From assembly GCA_017466305.1 (NCBI GenBank), contig JAFTUJ010000520.1, forward strand, positions 1-34,105: a DNA stretch of 34,105 nt. The letters are read 5' to 3'. The notes under the pieces were generated by a model. That model ran no database searches, was not told the DNA's origin, and was given only the letters and a program-made list of their open reading frames with translations. Below are positions 1 to 9,322 of this stretch, piece after piece (the first letter of the stretch is position 1; every line of letters begins with the position of its first letter). This stretch comes from Thermoguttaceae bacterium. GTDB lineage: Bacteria > Planctomycetota > Planctomycetia > Pirellulales > Thermoguttaceae. A program made the position numbers and the translations under genes.

Positions 1-625
1 AATCGACCGCGACGCCCGCGTCGATAAGCTCCGCGACGCGCCGGAACGTCGCCGCTTTCGTCGACGCGAACCGGAACCAACCGGAGTCGGTCGAAATCGC
101 GTCGAAAATCGGAAGCGCGATCTCCGGCGTCAGCGCGACGCCGAGCGTCTTAACCGCTTCAAAGACAAGACTTCCGGTCGATTCGGAGCTCGTGTCGACG
201 AAACGGCGGTCGCCGATGGGGTCGCTCTTCGCGTGATGGTCGATCACGACCTTGACGCTTCCGGGCGCCTTGAAGAGTTCGCCGGAGTCGCCGAGCTGCG
301 CCCAAGCGCTCGTGTCGAGCGAAACGCGGAGGTCGGCGGACGCGATAAACGCCCGTTCTTCGTCGGTTAGCTCCGAGAATTTGCGGATTTCGTTCGCCGG
401 GTCGAGGAACGCGAGATTCGGCGGAACCACGTGTCCGTTGACGAGCAAAACCGTTTTGCCGAGCGACTTTAGGGCGCGCCCAAACGCGACGACGCTTCCG
501 ATCGCGTCGCCGTCCGGGCGAATGTGCCCGGTCAAGACAACCGTTCGCGCGGCGTCGAACGTTTCCTTAAAAAGAGCCCAATCGATCGGCGACGCGGCGC
601 CCGCGTTCGTCTTGTCAGCGTTCAT
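1..625 (-). CDS. nrnA: DHH-family phosphoesterase (NrnA-like oligoribonuclease/pAp phosphatase); the C-terminal part runs off the window edge
   Basis: It is absent from the ORF track because it leaves the window. My own minus-strand translation from the ATG at 623-625 gives MNADKTNAGAASPIDWALFKETFDAARTVVLTGHIRPDGDAIGSVVAFG..., which carries the DHH-family signature GHxxPDGDxxGS. The + ORFs 252-659 and 524-862 are antisense shadows. Confidence 0.8.
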   Translation of the reverse strand, partial: MNADKTNAGAASPIDWALFKETFDAARTVVLTGHIRPDGDAIGSVVAFGRALKSLGKTVLLVNGHVVPPNLAFLDPANEIRKFSELTDEERAFIASADLRVSLDTSAWAQLGDSGELFKAPGSVKVVIDHHAKSDPIGDRRFVDTSSESTGSLVFEAVKTLGVALTPEIALPIFDAISTDSGWFRFASTKAATFRRVAELIDAGVAVD

Positions 626-731
626 CTCGCCCATTCTCCCCAACACTCGCAACTATTGACATTAAAGATGTTACAACGCCGTCTTACAAACGTCGGCGCC
701 CGTTTGCCGCGACGCGCCGCCTCCGTCGCTC

Positions 732-758
732 GCCGTTCTTGCCGTTCTTGCCGTTCTT
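732..758. repeat. Three tandem copies of the 9-mer GCCGTTCTT, in the intergenic region upstream of nrnA
   Basis: Read directly from the sequence: gccgttctt gccgttctt gccgttctt, followed by gccgtc. Confidence 0.9.
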
Positions 759-882
759 GCCGTCGAGCGCGTCGACGACGCGTCTATTTTCTATATTACC
801 CCGTCGACGTTAAAAGTCAACCGGGGCCGTTGAGTTTTCCCGCGTTCGCGCTTTTACATTAATGCGTTTTCCGCCGCTTCCC

Positions 883-2022
883 TCATTTTTTTCCACCTTG
901 CCGACGCCGCCAACACCATTGATTACAATCGTTAAGGCCGTTTTTATCGCATCGGCACGGGAAAATTTTCAAGAACTTCGACAATTTTTCTTCCGGTAAA
1001 AACGTCAACGCGACGCGAAAACCAATGCGCACGTCGCGACTCCACGGAGGCGCGGAGCCGCGCGACGCCGATCGGCAAACTCGCGCCGAACTGTTCCACG
1101 AACCGCCGCGCATCACGCGCTCCATTCCGCTAGCCGGACCGTTCGGATTCTTTTCCGCGCCAAACCAGACTTTTTTCTTGTACGGCGCGTACCAGTCGGC
1201 GCACCACTCCCAAACGTTGCCGTGCATGTCGTACAGTCGATAAACGTTCGGATAAAAAGACTTCGTCGGCGCCAGTTCGTTGTAACCGTCCCTTTTTCCG
1301 CCTTCGTCGAAATTCCCGAACTCCTGCAAATCGTTTGGGTTGCCGCCAAACGAATACGCTTTCGAACTTCCGGCGCGGCACGCCAATTCCCACTCGGCTT
1401 CGGTCGGCAGACGGAAACAGAGCCGCCTGCGCTTTTGGCGTCCCCAAGGCTCCAACTTATCGCAAAACTCTTCGTTTAGCCAACTGCAAAACGCGTTCGC
1501 GCCGGCCCAATCGACGCACGTCGCGGGATAATTTGCGCCCAAAAGAAAGTCGTGAAAGCCCGGGTTTTTGTACGTATATTTCTCGTCAAACTTAAATCGT
1601 CGAGTTTGCTCGTCGTACCCGCACGCCCCTTTCGGAACGACGTATCCCGTCGCCTGCGAAAACGCTTCGAACGCTTCGACCGTCGTCTGCGTTTCCATCA
1701 GCCAAAACCCGTCGGTAATTTCAACGATCCGACTTATTCCCTTGTCGGTCTTCGTCTTAAATCTCCCCGGCTCGATCCAAACAAAGACCAGATCGACGCC
1801 GCGAGCGTAAAAATGCCAACGCGTTCCCTTCTTTCCGACAAGTCGAATTTCGCTTTTCTCGGCGGCGTAGTCGGGCAGTTTTTTCCCCGTCTGCTTTACC
1901 GTCGGGACGCGCCCTATTCCGTCGTCGTAAATATCCGCCGGCGTGTAACTTAAATACTTCAGGACGCGTTTGTCGTTCTCGCGACCGGCGTTCTCGCGAC
2001 CGTTTTTTCCGCCGTCGTTCAT
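883..2022 (-). CDS. FGE-sulfatase (SUMF1-like) domain protein, paralog 1
   Basis: The 379-aa ORF carries the blocks FRLPTEAEWELACRAGS, MHGNVWEWCADWYAPY and RGGSWNSSARVCRSASR that typify the formylglycine-generating-enzyme fold. An AAAGAGGAA RBS precedes the ATG. I see no signal peptide. Confidence 0.85.
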   Translation of the reverse strand: MNDGGKNGRENAGRENDKRVLKYLSYTPADIYDDGIGRVPTVKQTGKKLPDYAAEKSEIRLVGKKGTRWHFYARGVDLVFVWIEPGRFKTKTDKGISRIVEITDGFWLMETQTTVEAFEAFSQATGYVVPKGACGYDEQTRRFKFDEKYTYKNPGFHDFLLGANYPATCVDWAGANAFCSWLNEEFCDKLEPWGRQKRRRLCFRLPTEAEWELACRAGSSKAYSFGGNPNDLQEFGNFDEGGKRDGYNELAPTKSFYPNVYRLYDMHGNVWEWCADWYAPYKKKVWFGAEKNPNGPASGMERVMRGGSWNSSARVCRSASRGSAPPWSRDVRIGFRVALTFLPEEKLSKFLKIFPCRCDKNGLNDCNQWCWRRRQGGKK

Positions 2023-2142
2023 CGTCGTTCCTCTTTCAATTCCGGGCGCTATCGTTTGACTTAACGCTCGTTCGCGACGTTCCCACCGCGTCGCTTCTCA
2101 ACTCATTTTTCCTTACTCTCGCCGTCGCTTCATGCCGTCGCT

Positions 2143-3231
2143 TCATAATAACGGCTCGACGTCCATCGCGACGCGAAATCCCAAGTCGGCGGCGCGCGTC
2201 CAAGGATGAACGGCGGCGCGCGAAGCGGAACGGCAAAAACTCGGCGCGACGTTCCAAGCGCCGCCGCGAGCCGCCCGCATATAACCGCGACACGGGCCGT
2301 TCGGGTCCCGCTCGGCGCTCCAACCGCTCGTTTCGTACGGCGCGAACCAGTCGGCGCACCACTCCCACACGTTGCCGTGCATATGGTAAAGTTGCCAACG
2401 ATTCGGTTGCAAATTCCAAACTTGCGCCAAAAATTCAAAACCGTCGACGCCGGCGCTCGCGCCAAGGTTTCCGTCGTCGTAATTGCCGTATCCGGGCAAA
2501 TCTTTTTCGCGATTCCCAAAGTGATAAGCCGCCTTCGAACCGGCGCGACACGCGTATTCCCACTCGGCTTCGGTCGGCAGTCGGAAATTCAACTTATATT
2601 GTAAATCGCTCGTGCGCCAATCTTTAAACTCCTCGTTCAACCAATCGCAAAACGCGACCGCGCTCGCCCAGTCGACGCAAGTCGCGGGCATCGTAACGTT
2701 GGAGCGTTGCTCGTTAATGTCGGGAAAACCGGGGTTCAAAAAGCTATAATCGGCGCCGTATTCAAGTTTTTTTGTCGATTTATTGTATCCGATCGCGCCG
2801 ACGGGGACGTTTCGTTTCGTTGCTTTCAGAAAAACGTCGAACATTTCGATCGTTACTTGCGTTTGCATCATCCAAAAATCGCGCGTGATTTTCACTCGCT
2901 TCGCGTTGGCTTGCGAGTCCTGCGCCAACGTCATCCACGGATACGCCGCGCCCATTTGCAGATTATTGCGATTCTGTCGCCAACGGGAAATCCCCATTTT
3001 GAAAGAACCCGCCGGAATGCGCGTAAAGAAAAGTTCGACGCCGCGCGCTTTCAGCAGCCAATTCGGGCTCGACGCGTTTTCCCCCTTGGCGACGCAACTT
3101 GTCGCCCCGCCGTTCGAACGCTTGCCGCCGTCGCGACGCCACCAAATTTCACTCTTGTTATCGTTTCCCAACGAATCGCCGTACTTCGCCATTTTCTTCC
3201 TTACGCTTTTAACGACTTGGTGTTCGGACAA
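2143..3231 (-). CDS. FGE-sulfatase (SUMF1-like) domain protein, paralog 2
   Basis: The 362-aa ORF carries FRLPTEAEWEYACRAGS, MHGNVWEWCADWFAPY and RGGAWNVAPSFCRSASR. The track start at 3231 is a TTG codon, and an ATG at 3192 (MAKYGD...) is an alternative start. I see no signal peptide. Confidence 0.85.
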   Translation of the reverse strand: MSEHQVVKSVRKKMAKYGDSLGNDNKSEIWWRRDGGKRSNGGATSCVAKGENASSPNWLLKARGVELFFTRIPAGSFKMGISRWRQNRNNLQMGAAYPWMTLAQDSQANAKRVKITRDFWMMQTQVTIEMFDVFLKATKRNVPVGAIGYNKSTKKLEYGADYSFLNPGFPDINEQRSNVTMPATCVDWASAVAFCDWLNEEFKDWRTSDLQYKLNFRLPTEAEWEYACRAGSKAAYHFGNREKDLPGYGNYDDGNLGASAGVDGFEFLAQVWNLQPNRWQLYHMHGNVWEWCADWFAPYETSGWSAERDPNGPCRGYMRAARGGAWNVAPSFCRSASRAAVHPWTRAADLGFRVAMDVEPLL

Positions 3232-3381
3232 GCGTTAACTTAATAACGCGTCGTTTCTCGCGAATCGATAACTGAACGCGAGCCTTAACTATTTTAGAGA
3301 GGGCGAAAAACGAAAAAATAATGAAAAAATTTTCGTTTTTTTATATTTTTAAAACGCGCCGAGGTCGGAAATTTCGACGCT

Positions 3382-3420
3382 AAAGACGTCGGCGGCTCTT
3401 AGAGAAACCGCCGACGTTTT
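3382..3420 (-). terminator. Hairpin downstream of the GH127 gene (putative intrinsic terminator)
   Basis: A 10-bp perfect stem ACGTCGGCGG (3386-3395) pairs with CCGCCGACGT (3408-3417) around a 12-nt loop. The T-run is only short on the minus strand and is better on the plus strand. Confidence 0.45.
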
Positions 3421-3455
3421 ATCGTTAGAGAGCTAACTCGTTAGCGCGTCGCGAC

Positions 3456-5975
3456 TTATTTGAACTCCATTTTCAGGACGCCGCCGGAGAGGCCGTCTTG
3501 AAGTTGAACTTCGACGCGGACGCGAAGCGCTTCGACTTCGGCGAAGTCGATAACGATTTCCTTGTCGCGCTCGACCGAGTAAGCGTCGGTCGTTTCGACT
3601 TCTTTCCAGTCGGCGCCGTCGGCGGTTTGGTACGTCAGCTTCCAAGATTTCGGCGTCGCGCAACCGCCGCGTTCTTTGGTGTCGTCGAACCAGTAAATCG
3701 TCGCGCTCTTGATTTTACGCGCTTTCGGGTATTCGATTTGGAACCATTCCTTCGAGCCCTTGCGCGGCCACCACGTCGCGCGCGGAACGCCTTGGTCGCC
3801 CGAGTGTTTCGGGTTTCCGGCGTTCGTTCCGTCGAAGAGGGAGCGTTCGTCGGTGAAGAAGGAACCGGTAAGTTCCGGCGAATTCGCGACTTGCGGAACT
3901 TCGTCCGTCAGGAGCGACGCGTCGAGCGGTTTGTACAGAATCGGCAGACCTTCGGCGTCGATCCAGTTCGCTTCTTTGCCGAGTTCGGAATCGGCGGCCG
4001 GCGCGTCGGTCAGACCGACTTGGCGAACCCAAACGGCCATTTTACCGGCGGCGCGGTTGTCCCAAACGCAGTACGGAATCGCGACGAGCGTTCGGCCTTC
4101 GTAATCCTTCGCGAGGATAACGTCGACTTTGCGGGCGGCGCTGTTTTTCGTCGCGGCGTTGGCGTTGTTCCCGGTAATAACGCGTTGTTCGATCTTGAAT
4201 TGCGGGTCTTTCGCGAGGATAATGCGGTCGACGCGGACGCCCGGGTTGTCGACTTGTTCGAAGCAGTAAACGACCGGGCCGCGTTTCAAAGCGACGCGAC
4301 CGAGGTCGTCCTTCACTTTCGGGTTCGCGATCGTGCGGACGACCGGCGTTTCGAAAACGAGCGCTTCGACGGCGCCGTCGAACGAGGCGGCGTCGCGAAC
4401 GAACGAGCGGTAACCGTCCGCTTCGGCTTCGGCTTGCGCCCAACCGGGGACGCGAACTTTCAGCGTAAACGGCGTTTTTTCGGCGTTTTCGTCCTTCATG
4501 CGAGCGGTCGTTTTGATGAAAACTTTACCGTCGTACGGGTAACGGGTCGTTTGCGCGATTTCAACGATTTTGTCGGCGAGTTCGACGGTCGCTTTGCCTT
4601 CGACGAACATGTTGACGACGACGGTATCGTCGACGCCGTTGTCTTTCGAGGAAGCGGTCGCGTAGACGTAACCCGGAACCGACGGGAGCGCGCGGATGAC
4701 GTTCGACGGGCAGCAGGCGCAACCGAAGAACGGTTGACGGTGATGACCGCCGTCCGACGCGAGCGGGTTGACGTAAAAATAGGAGTCGCCGTTGAGGCCG
4801 TAACCGGACATAAAGCCGTTGTACATCGCGAGTTCCATCACGTCGGCGTATTTCGCTTCGCCGGTCGCGAGGTTCATGCGGTGCGCCCAAAACATCATCC
4901 CGATGGCGGCGCAGGTTTCGCAGTACGCGCTCTTGTTCGGGAGCTTGAAGTTTTCTTCGAAACCTTCGTTCGAGGCCGAGGAGCCGATCCCGCCGGTAAC
5001 GTACATCTTGTGGCGCGTTACGTTGTTGAAGATGCGCTTCATCGCGGCCATCAGTTCCGGGTCGCGGTAATAACCGGCGACGTCGGTCGCGCCGCAATAG
5101 AGATACATCGCGCGGACGGCGTGCCCGACGATTTCCGATTGTTCGCGAACCGGCGCGTGGTCTTGGCAATATTCGCCGAAGAGACCGTTGCGGCTGTTCT
5201 TTTCAATTTGGCGACCTTCCGCAACGCCGCGAATATCGACGAAGAATTTCGCTTGGTCGAGGTACTTGCGATCGCCGGTCAGTTGGTACATCTTGACGAG
5301 CGCGAGTTCGATTTCTTCGTGTCCCGGGACGTTTTTCAGTTGACCCTCGTTCGGGCCGTAACGCTTGCAGATCAGGTCGAGAACGCGACGGTTGATTTGC
5401 AGGAACTTGTCGTCGCCGGTCGCGCGGTAGTAGGCGACCGCCGCTTCGGCCATGTGCCCGGCGCAGTAAAGTTCGTGCATATGCGCGAGGTTCGTCCACT
5501 TTTCGTTCGGCTTCATCAGCGTGAAGTACGCCATCAGGTAGCCGTCTTCTTCTTGAGCGGAACCGATCGCGTCGATCCATTCGTCGGCCTTCTTTTGAAG
5601 TTCGGCGTCCGGATGCGCGGAAAGGGAGTACGCGAACCCTTCGAGAATCTTGTAAACGTCGGAATCGTCGAAGTAAATGCCGCCGAAGTCGCCGTGTTCC
5701 TTGCCTTGCAACTTGGCGCCGGCGTTGCGGAAGTTGGCGATGCGCGGCGTCTCGGTTTCGCACCACTTAATATTGTGCGGAACGGAGACGACGCGGTTCG
5801 CTTCGATGCGCGGCGCCCAGAAATCGTCCGTCAACTTGACTTCCGTAAACGGCACCGCCGTCAACGCTTGCTTCGGACGGTCGGCTTGCGCGCCGTCTTG
5901 CGCGAAAGCGTTCGCCGTCGAAACGACGCAGGCGCCGAGGAGCGCGACCGTCGTCAGGATAGAAAATCGTTTCAT
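3456..5975 (-). CDS. Glycoside hydrolase family 127 (beta-L-arabinofuranosidase/DUF1680 family) with a C-terminal discoidin-like domain; secreted
   Basis: The 839-aa ORF has the signal peptide MKRFSILTTVALLGACVVSTANAFAQ, a GH127-like N-terminus (FTEVKLTDDFWAPRIE) and the Cys-rich Zn/catalytic block FFGCACCPSNVIRALPSVPGYVY. An AGGAG RBS is present. The antisense 826-aa + ORF is low-complexity (R/V/F/D-rich). Confidence 0.85.
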   Translation of the reverse strand: MKRFSILTTVALLGACVVSTANAFAQDGAQADRPKQALTAVPFTEVKLTDDFWAPRIEANRVVSVPHNIKWCETETPRIANFRNAGAKLQGKEHGDFGGIYFDDSDVYKILEGFAYSLSAHPDAELQKKADEWIDAIGSAQEEDGYLMAYFTLMKPNEKWTNLAHMHELYCAGHMAEAAVAYYRATGDDKFLQINRRVLDLICKRYGPNEGQLKNVPGHEEIELALVKMYQLTGDRKYLDQAKFFVDIRGVAEGRQIEKNSRNGLFGEYCQDHAPVREQSEIVGHAVRAMYLYCGATDVAGYYRDPELMAAMKRIFNNVTRHKMYVTGGIGSSASNEGFEENFKLPNKSAYCETCAAIGMMFWAHRMNLATGEAKYADVMELAMYNGFMSGYGLNGDSYFYVNPLASDGGHHRQPFFGCACCPSNVIRALPSVPGYVYATASSKDNGVDDTVVVNMFVEGKATVELADKIVEIAQTTRYPYDGKVFIKTTARMKDENAEKTPFTLKVRVPGWAQAEAEADGYRSFVRDAASFDGAVEALVFETPVVRTIANPKVKDDLGRVALKRGPVVYCFEQVDNPGVRVDRIILAKDPQFKIEQRVITGNNANAATKNSAARKVDVILAKDYEGRTLVAIPYCVWDNRAAGKMAVWVRQVGLTDAPAADSELGKEANWIDAEGLPILYKPLDASLLTDEVPQVANSPELTGSFFTDERSLFDGTNAGNPKHSGDQGVPRATWWPRKGSKEWFQIEYPKARKIKSATIYWFDDTKERGGCATPKSWKLTYQTADGADWKEVETTDAYSVERDKEIVIDFAEVEALRVRVEVQLQDGLSGGVLKMEFK

Positions 5976-6034
5976 TAATATCTCCTAAATCGAGGTGAAA
6001 ATTTTATCGATTTCGTCGTTTATTAATATAATAA

Positions 6035-6078
6035 GGGGAAAAGCGCAGGGGAAAAGCGCCTTATAAGGGGAAAAGCGC
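6035..6078. repeat. Three direct copies of GGGGAAAAGCGC upstream of the GH127 start codon
   Basis: The copies sit at 6035-6046, 6048-6059 and 6067-6078. This places them 60-103 bp upstream of the minus-strand ATG at 5975. Confidence 0.85.
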
Positions 6079-6135
6079 GCCGAACCAACCGCGACGCGTT
6101 CGCCGTCGAGCGCCGTTCCCTCTTCTTTTCGCCGC

Positions 6136-7104
6136 TTACTTGCCGCTCGGGAAACCGAGGTCTTTGCCGTCGCGGGTAACGACGCCGATTTGCTCGACGC
6201 TCCCGTTGCGCCCGTTGTACCAAAGGAGCCAGCGGTCGGATTTTTCGTCGTAAATAACGAACGGCTTGTACCATTCGGACGCGTCCCAAGTTCCGGCGTC
6301 GGGCCCGATAATCGGGTTGGCCGGGAGGCGTTCCCAACCGGTAACGCCGTCCTTCGACCGGGCGATTCCAACGCGCGCCAAATGCTCGTTCTCGAACCCG
6401 ATGTAAAACATCAGATAGCCGCCCTCCCAAGGCAAGACTTGGCAAGCGGTTACCTTATGTTGTTCCCAAACGGAGTTTTTGTCCGCCGCGAAAATCGGGT
6501 TGCCGTCGCGCTTCTTCCACTTGATTCCGTCGACGCTTTCGGCGTACCCGATCGCGTTCGGCTCGTATTGGTCGCCGGCGGAGTACCACATTTGGAAGAC
6601 GTTTTTCTCGTCGTTCCAAAGGACGTGCGGGCACATCGCGGAGCCCTTTTCCCAAGCCTCTTCCGAAACCAAGACCGGTTCGCTTTGGACGCGCTTCCAC
6701 TCGATTCCGTCGTCGCTTACGGCAAGCCCGATTCGCGAACGGTCGCGCGTTTGACCGGTGTACCACATGTAATACTTGCCGTCTTTTTTTAGGACGGACG
6801 CCCGATTGACGCGAACCTCCCAACCGCAATCCGGGTCGGGCGCCAAGACGACGCGCGGCTCCGACCACTTCACGCCGTCGCGACTCTCCGTATAGCCGAT
6901 CGATTCTTTTGTCCGCCAAGAGAACCACATCTTGTACGTATCGCCTTCTTTGAGAAGCGTTACGTCGAAGCAGACGCCCAAGTCGCCGCCGAGAACCGGG
7001 TTCGCCGGATGCTTGACCCAGCCGCCCGCCGTTTCGGCGTAAAGTCGCGACGTTCCGAAACAAACGCAAGCGAGGAACGCTAACGCCAACGCGAGTTTTT
7101 TCAT
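6136..7104 (-). CDS. Secreted five-bladed beta-propeller glycoside hydrolase (GH130/GH43/GH117-like fold; the family cannot be resolved by eye)
   Basis: The 322-aa ORF has the signal peptide MKKLALALAFLACVCFGTSRLYA. It contains five repeats of the pattern xxYxMWYxG....IGxAxSxDGxxWxx. A GGGAGG RBS is present. Confidence 0.65.
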   Translation of the reverse strand: MKKLALALAFLACVCFGTSRLYAETAGGWVKHPANPVLGGDLGVCFDVTLLKEGDTYKMWFSWRTKESIGYTESRDGVKWSEPRVVLAPDPDCGWEVRVNRASVLKKDGKYYMWYTGQTRDRSRIGLAVSDDGIEWKRVQSEPVLVSEEAWEKGSAMCPHVLWNDEKNVFQMWYSAGDQYEPNAIGYAESVDGIKWKKRDGNPIFAADKNSVWEQHKVTACQVLPWEGGYLMFYIGFENEHLARVGIARSKDGVTGWERLPANPIIGPDAGTWDASEWYKPFVIYDEKSDRWLLWYNGRNGSVEQIGVVTRDGKDLGFPSGK

Positions 7105-7135
7105 CGTTTAACCTCCCGAAGCGAAGAAAGAATTT

Positions 7136-7178
7136 CGAAAACGACGCTCCGAACGCCGCCGAAGCGCCGTCGTTTTCG
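7136..7178 (-). terminator. Hairpin between the MBL-fold gene and the beta-propeller gene
   Basis: An 11-bp stem CGAAAACGACG (7136-7146) pairs with CGTCGTTTTCG (7168-7178) around a GC-rich 21-nt loop. On the minus strand a T-rich tract follows. Confidence 0.45.
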
Positions 7179-7206
7179 TTGATTCGGTCGTTTTTTCCGC
7201 TTTCGC

Positions 7207-8526
7207 TCAAACGCCGCCGCGCGAGTCGAACGGGCCGTAAACCGCCGTAACGGTCATACTTTCGTCTTCGGCGGTCAGGTAGTACACCTTGTACTTTTTG
7301 CCGCCGTCGTAAACCTTCACGACGACGGAGCCGGTGCGCTCGACGAGGCTTTCGCGCCAAGGTTTCCCTTCCATCATCTCGGCGTTACCCGGGTGAATCG
7401 TCGTCGGGCAAATGAGGCGGTCGCCCGGATACGCCGCTTCGTCGGTCATCGCCGACGCGGTGTTGTTTTGCAGGTGCCAACGGTCCCAAACGCAAGTAAC
7501 GTAAACGCGCGGTTTGGTCGCTTTAACGAAACCCGGCGACATTGCGTCGCGGTACGAGTGGTGGTTCGACTTGCAAACGTCGACCGGCCCGGCGGCGCGC
7601 CCGACGGCGCCTTCGTAATCGACCAACTCGCCCTTTTCGTCGAGAAGCGGGCAGCTGACGTCGCCGCCGCTGAAGAAACGGAACGGGCCGAACGACGTAA
7701 CGGTCGCCATACTGCAGGTGTTTTCGTTGATCGAACCGGCCGCGTTTTTCGGGTTTTTCGCGTAATAGTCGACCGTCTCGTCCCCTTGCCCGGTCCAAAC
7801 GACGCCGTTGCGGCAAATGTTGCGGACGTGATAATCGTATTTTTCCGGTTCGTTGACCAACTTAATTTGGTCGAGCGCGCCGACGACGAACGCCTCGCGT
7901 TTGAGGCCTTCGTTCTTTTCCTTGTAATCCAAGAACTTGCGCCAGTTGTCGCGGTCGCGCGGCGCTCGGTCGTTCGGCTGATTGTAGTCCGGGTAGCCGC
8001 GGTCGAACGCCGCGCCGATCGCGTAATATTCGGCGACTTGCGTAATCCCGCTGATTTGGTAATCGCCGCGCCCCTCCGCGACGCCGACGCCGTGTCGCCA
8101 ACTGCCGATATGGTCGTCGTGGTAGTGCGACGCGACGACGTAATCGATCTTCTTAATTCCCGGCTTGGCGCGACCGATGTAACGAGCGATCCACTCGCCC
8201 GGACGGCGCGATTCGTTCGGCAAAATCGCGACCTTTTCTTTGTACGACGCCGCGTCGCGGTCGCCCGCGTCGGTCAGAATCGTCGTGCCGTCCGGGCAGA
8301 TTTGGAAGCAGCTTTCGCCGACGCCGGTGTGAATAAAGTTGAGGTCGAGTTCGCCTTCCTTCCAACCGCGATACGGCTTCCCGACTTCGCCGTCCGGGTC
8401 GGAACCGGCGACCTCGAGCAGGTTCGCCAATTGCGCGGCGTCGGCGTTTTGCGCGTTCGCGCCCAAAAGTCCCGCGACGCTAAAAAAAGCCGCCGCCCCG
8501 ATAAATTCTCTGCGATTCGTTTTCAT
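7207..8526 (-). CDS. MBL-fold metallo-hydrolase with a twin-arginine (Tat) signal
   Basis: The 439-aa ORF begins MKTNRREFIGAAAFFSVAGLLGANAQ (Tat-like RRxFxG). It carries the metallo-beta-lactamase motif ASHYHDDHIG (HxHxDH). A GGGAGAG RBS is present. Confidence 0.75.
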   Translation of the reverse strand: MKTNRREFIGAAAFFSVAGLLGANAQNADAAQLANLLEVAGSDPDGEVGKPYRGWKEGELDLNFIHTGVGESCFQICPDGTTILTDAGDRDAASYKEKVAILPNESRRPGEWIARYIGRAKPGIKKIDYVVASHYHDDHIGSWRHGVGVAEGRGDYQISGITQVAEYYAIGAAFDRGYPDYNQPNDRAPRDRDNWRKFLDYKEKNEGLKREAFVVGALDQIKLVNEPEKYDYHVRNICRNGVVWTGQGDETVDYYAKNPKNAAGSINENTCSMATVTSFGPFRFFSGGDVSCPLLDEKGELVDYEGAVGRAAGPVDVCKSNHHSYRDAMSPGFVKATKPRVYVTCVWDRWHLQNNTASAMTDEAAYPGDRLICPTTIHPGNAEMMEGKPWRESLVERTGSVVVKVYDGGKKYKVYYLTAEDESMTVTAVYGPFDSRGGV

Positions 8527-8713
8527 TTCGACGCTCTCCCTAATTTGACAAAGCCGATAAAACCGTCGCGCCGCCCGACGTTCGAAACCGACGCGGCGCG
8601 CTTTCCCGACATTGTACCAAATCGACGCCGCAAACGCAAGAAACCGCGTTCGAAATTTTCGAAAAAACCGCCGTTTTTCGCCGTTTAACGCCGCTTCGCT
8701 CCGCCGACGCCCA

Positions 8714-8754
8714 ATAAAAAACGCGTCCGACGTTTCGCCGTCGGGCGCGTTTTC
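8714..8754 (-). terminator. Rho-independent terminator after the lipoprotein gene
   Basis: The minus-strand RNA reads CGAAAACGCGCCCGACGGCGAAACGUCGGACGCGUUUUUUAUU. It forms a stem of about 14 bp with one G-U/mismatch, followed by a U6 run. Confidence 0.75.
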
Positions 8755-8780
8755 GTTTACGTTCGCTTAAACGCCGAGAA

Positions 8781-9209
8781 TCATTCTTCGGTCGTCAACA
8801 CGAAGTCGACCGGGTCTTTTTGCCCTTCGACGATATCCGCTTCAAGGATCGAGGCGCGATTATATTTCGCCGGGATAATGTCGACGATATCTTCGGTGAT
8901 TCCGCGTTCGACTTCCTCCGGCGTCGGGTTTTCTTTCGGAATCGCTTTTTGAGCGTAAATCGTAACCGCCATTTTGCCCGGAGAAACGCGCGCTTCGTAC
9001 TTGCCGTTCACGATCGGGCCGCCGGTCGCCGTGCCGGGAGCGCCGCCCTTCGGCGCGAAGTTAACCGTTCCCTTTTCGATCGGTTCGCCGTCGAGAGTAA
9101 CCGTTCCCTTGATCGGAACCAACCCGTCGCTCGGTTTGCAACCGACGAACGCGACGCAACAAACCGCCAACGCCAACGCGAAACCCGTTTTCCAACTCGC
9201 TTTCAACAT
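8781..9209 (-). CDS. Small lipoprotein with a carboxypeptidase-regulatory-like beta-sandwich; the usual downstream partner of DUF1559 genes
   Basis: The 142-aa ORF has the lipobox AFVGC and then PIKGTVTLDGEPIEKGTVNFAPKGG. An AGGAG RBS is present. It lies directly downstream of the DUF1559 gene. Confidence 0.7.
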   Translation of the reverse strand: MLKASWKTGFALALAVCCVAFVGCKPSDGLVPIKGTVTLDGEPIEKGTVNFAPKGGAPGTATGGPIVNGKYEARVSPGKMAVTIYAQKAIPKENPTPEEVERGITEDIVDIIPAKYNRASILEADIVEGQKDPVDFVLTTEE

Positions 9210-9322
9210 CGTTATTCTCTCCTTTCTTCGTCGAGATTCTGCAACGCGCCCCGTCGCCGCCGACGCGAAAAGTCGCCGTCAAAACGGAAACGGAGCGCGA
9301 TTTCGTTCAAACGTCGCTAAAA

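Noticed and set aside
252-862. The + strand ORFs 252-659 and 524-862.
   Set aside because: The first lies antisense to the DHH phosphoesterase gene that runs off the window. The second spans the intergenic region. Both are Arg/Ser-rich with no motifs or RBS.
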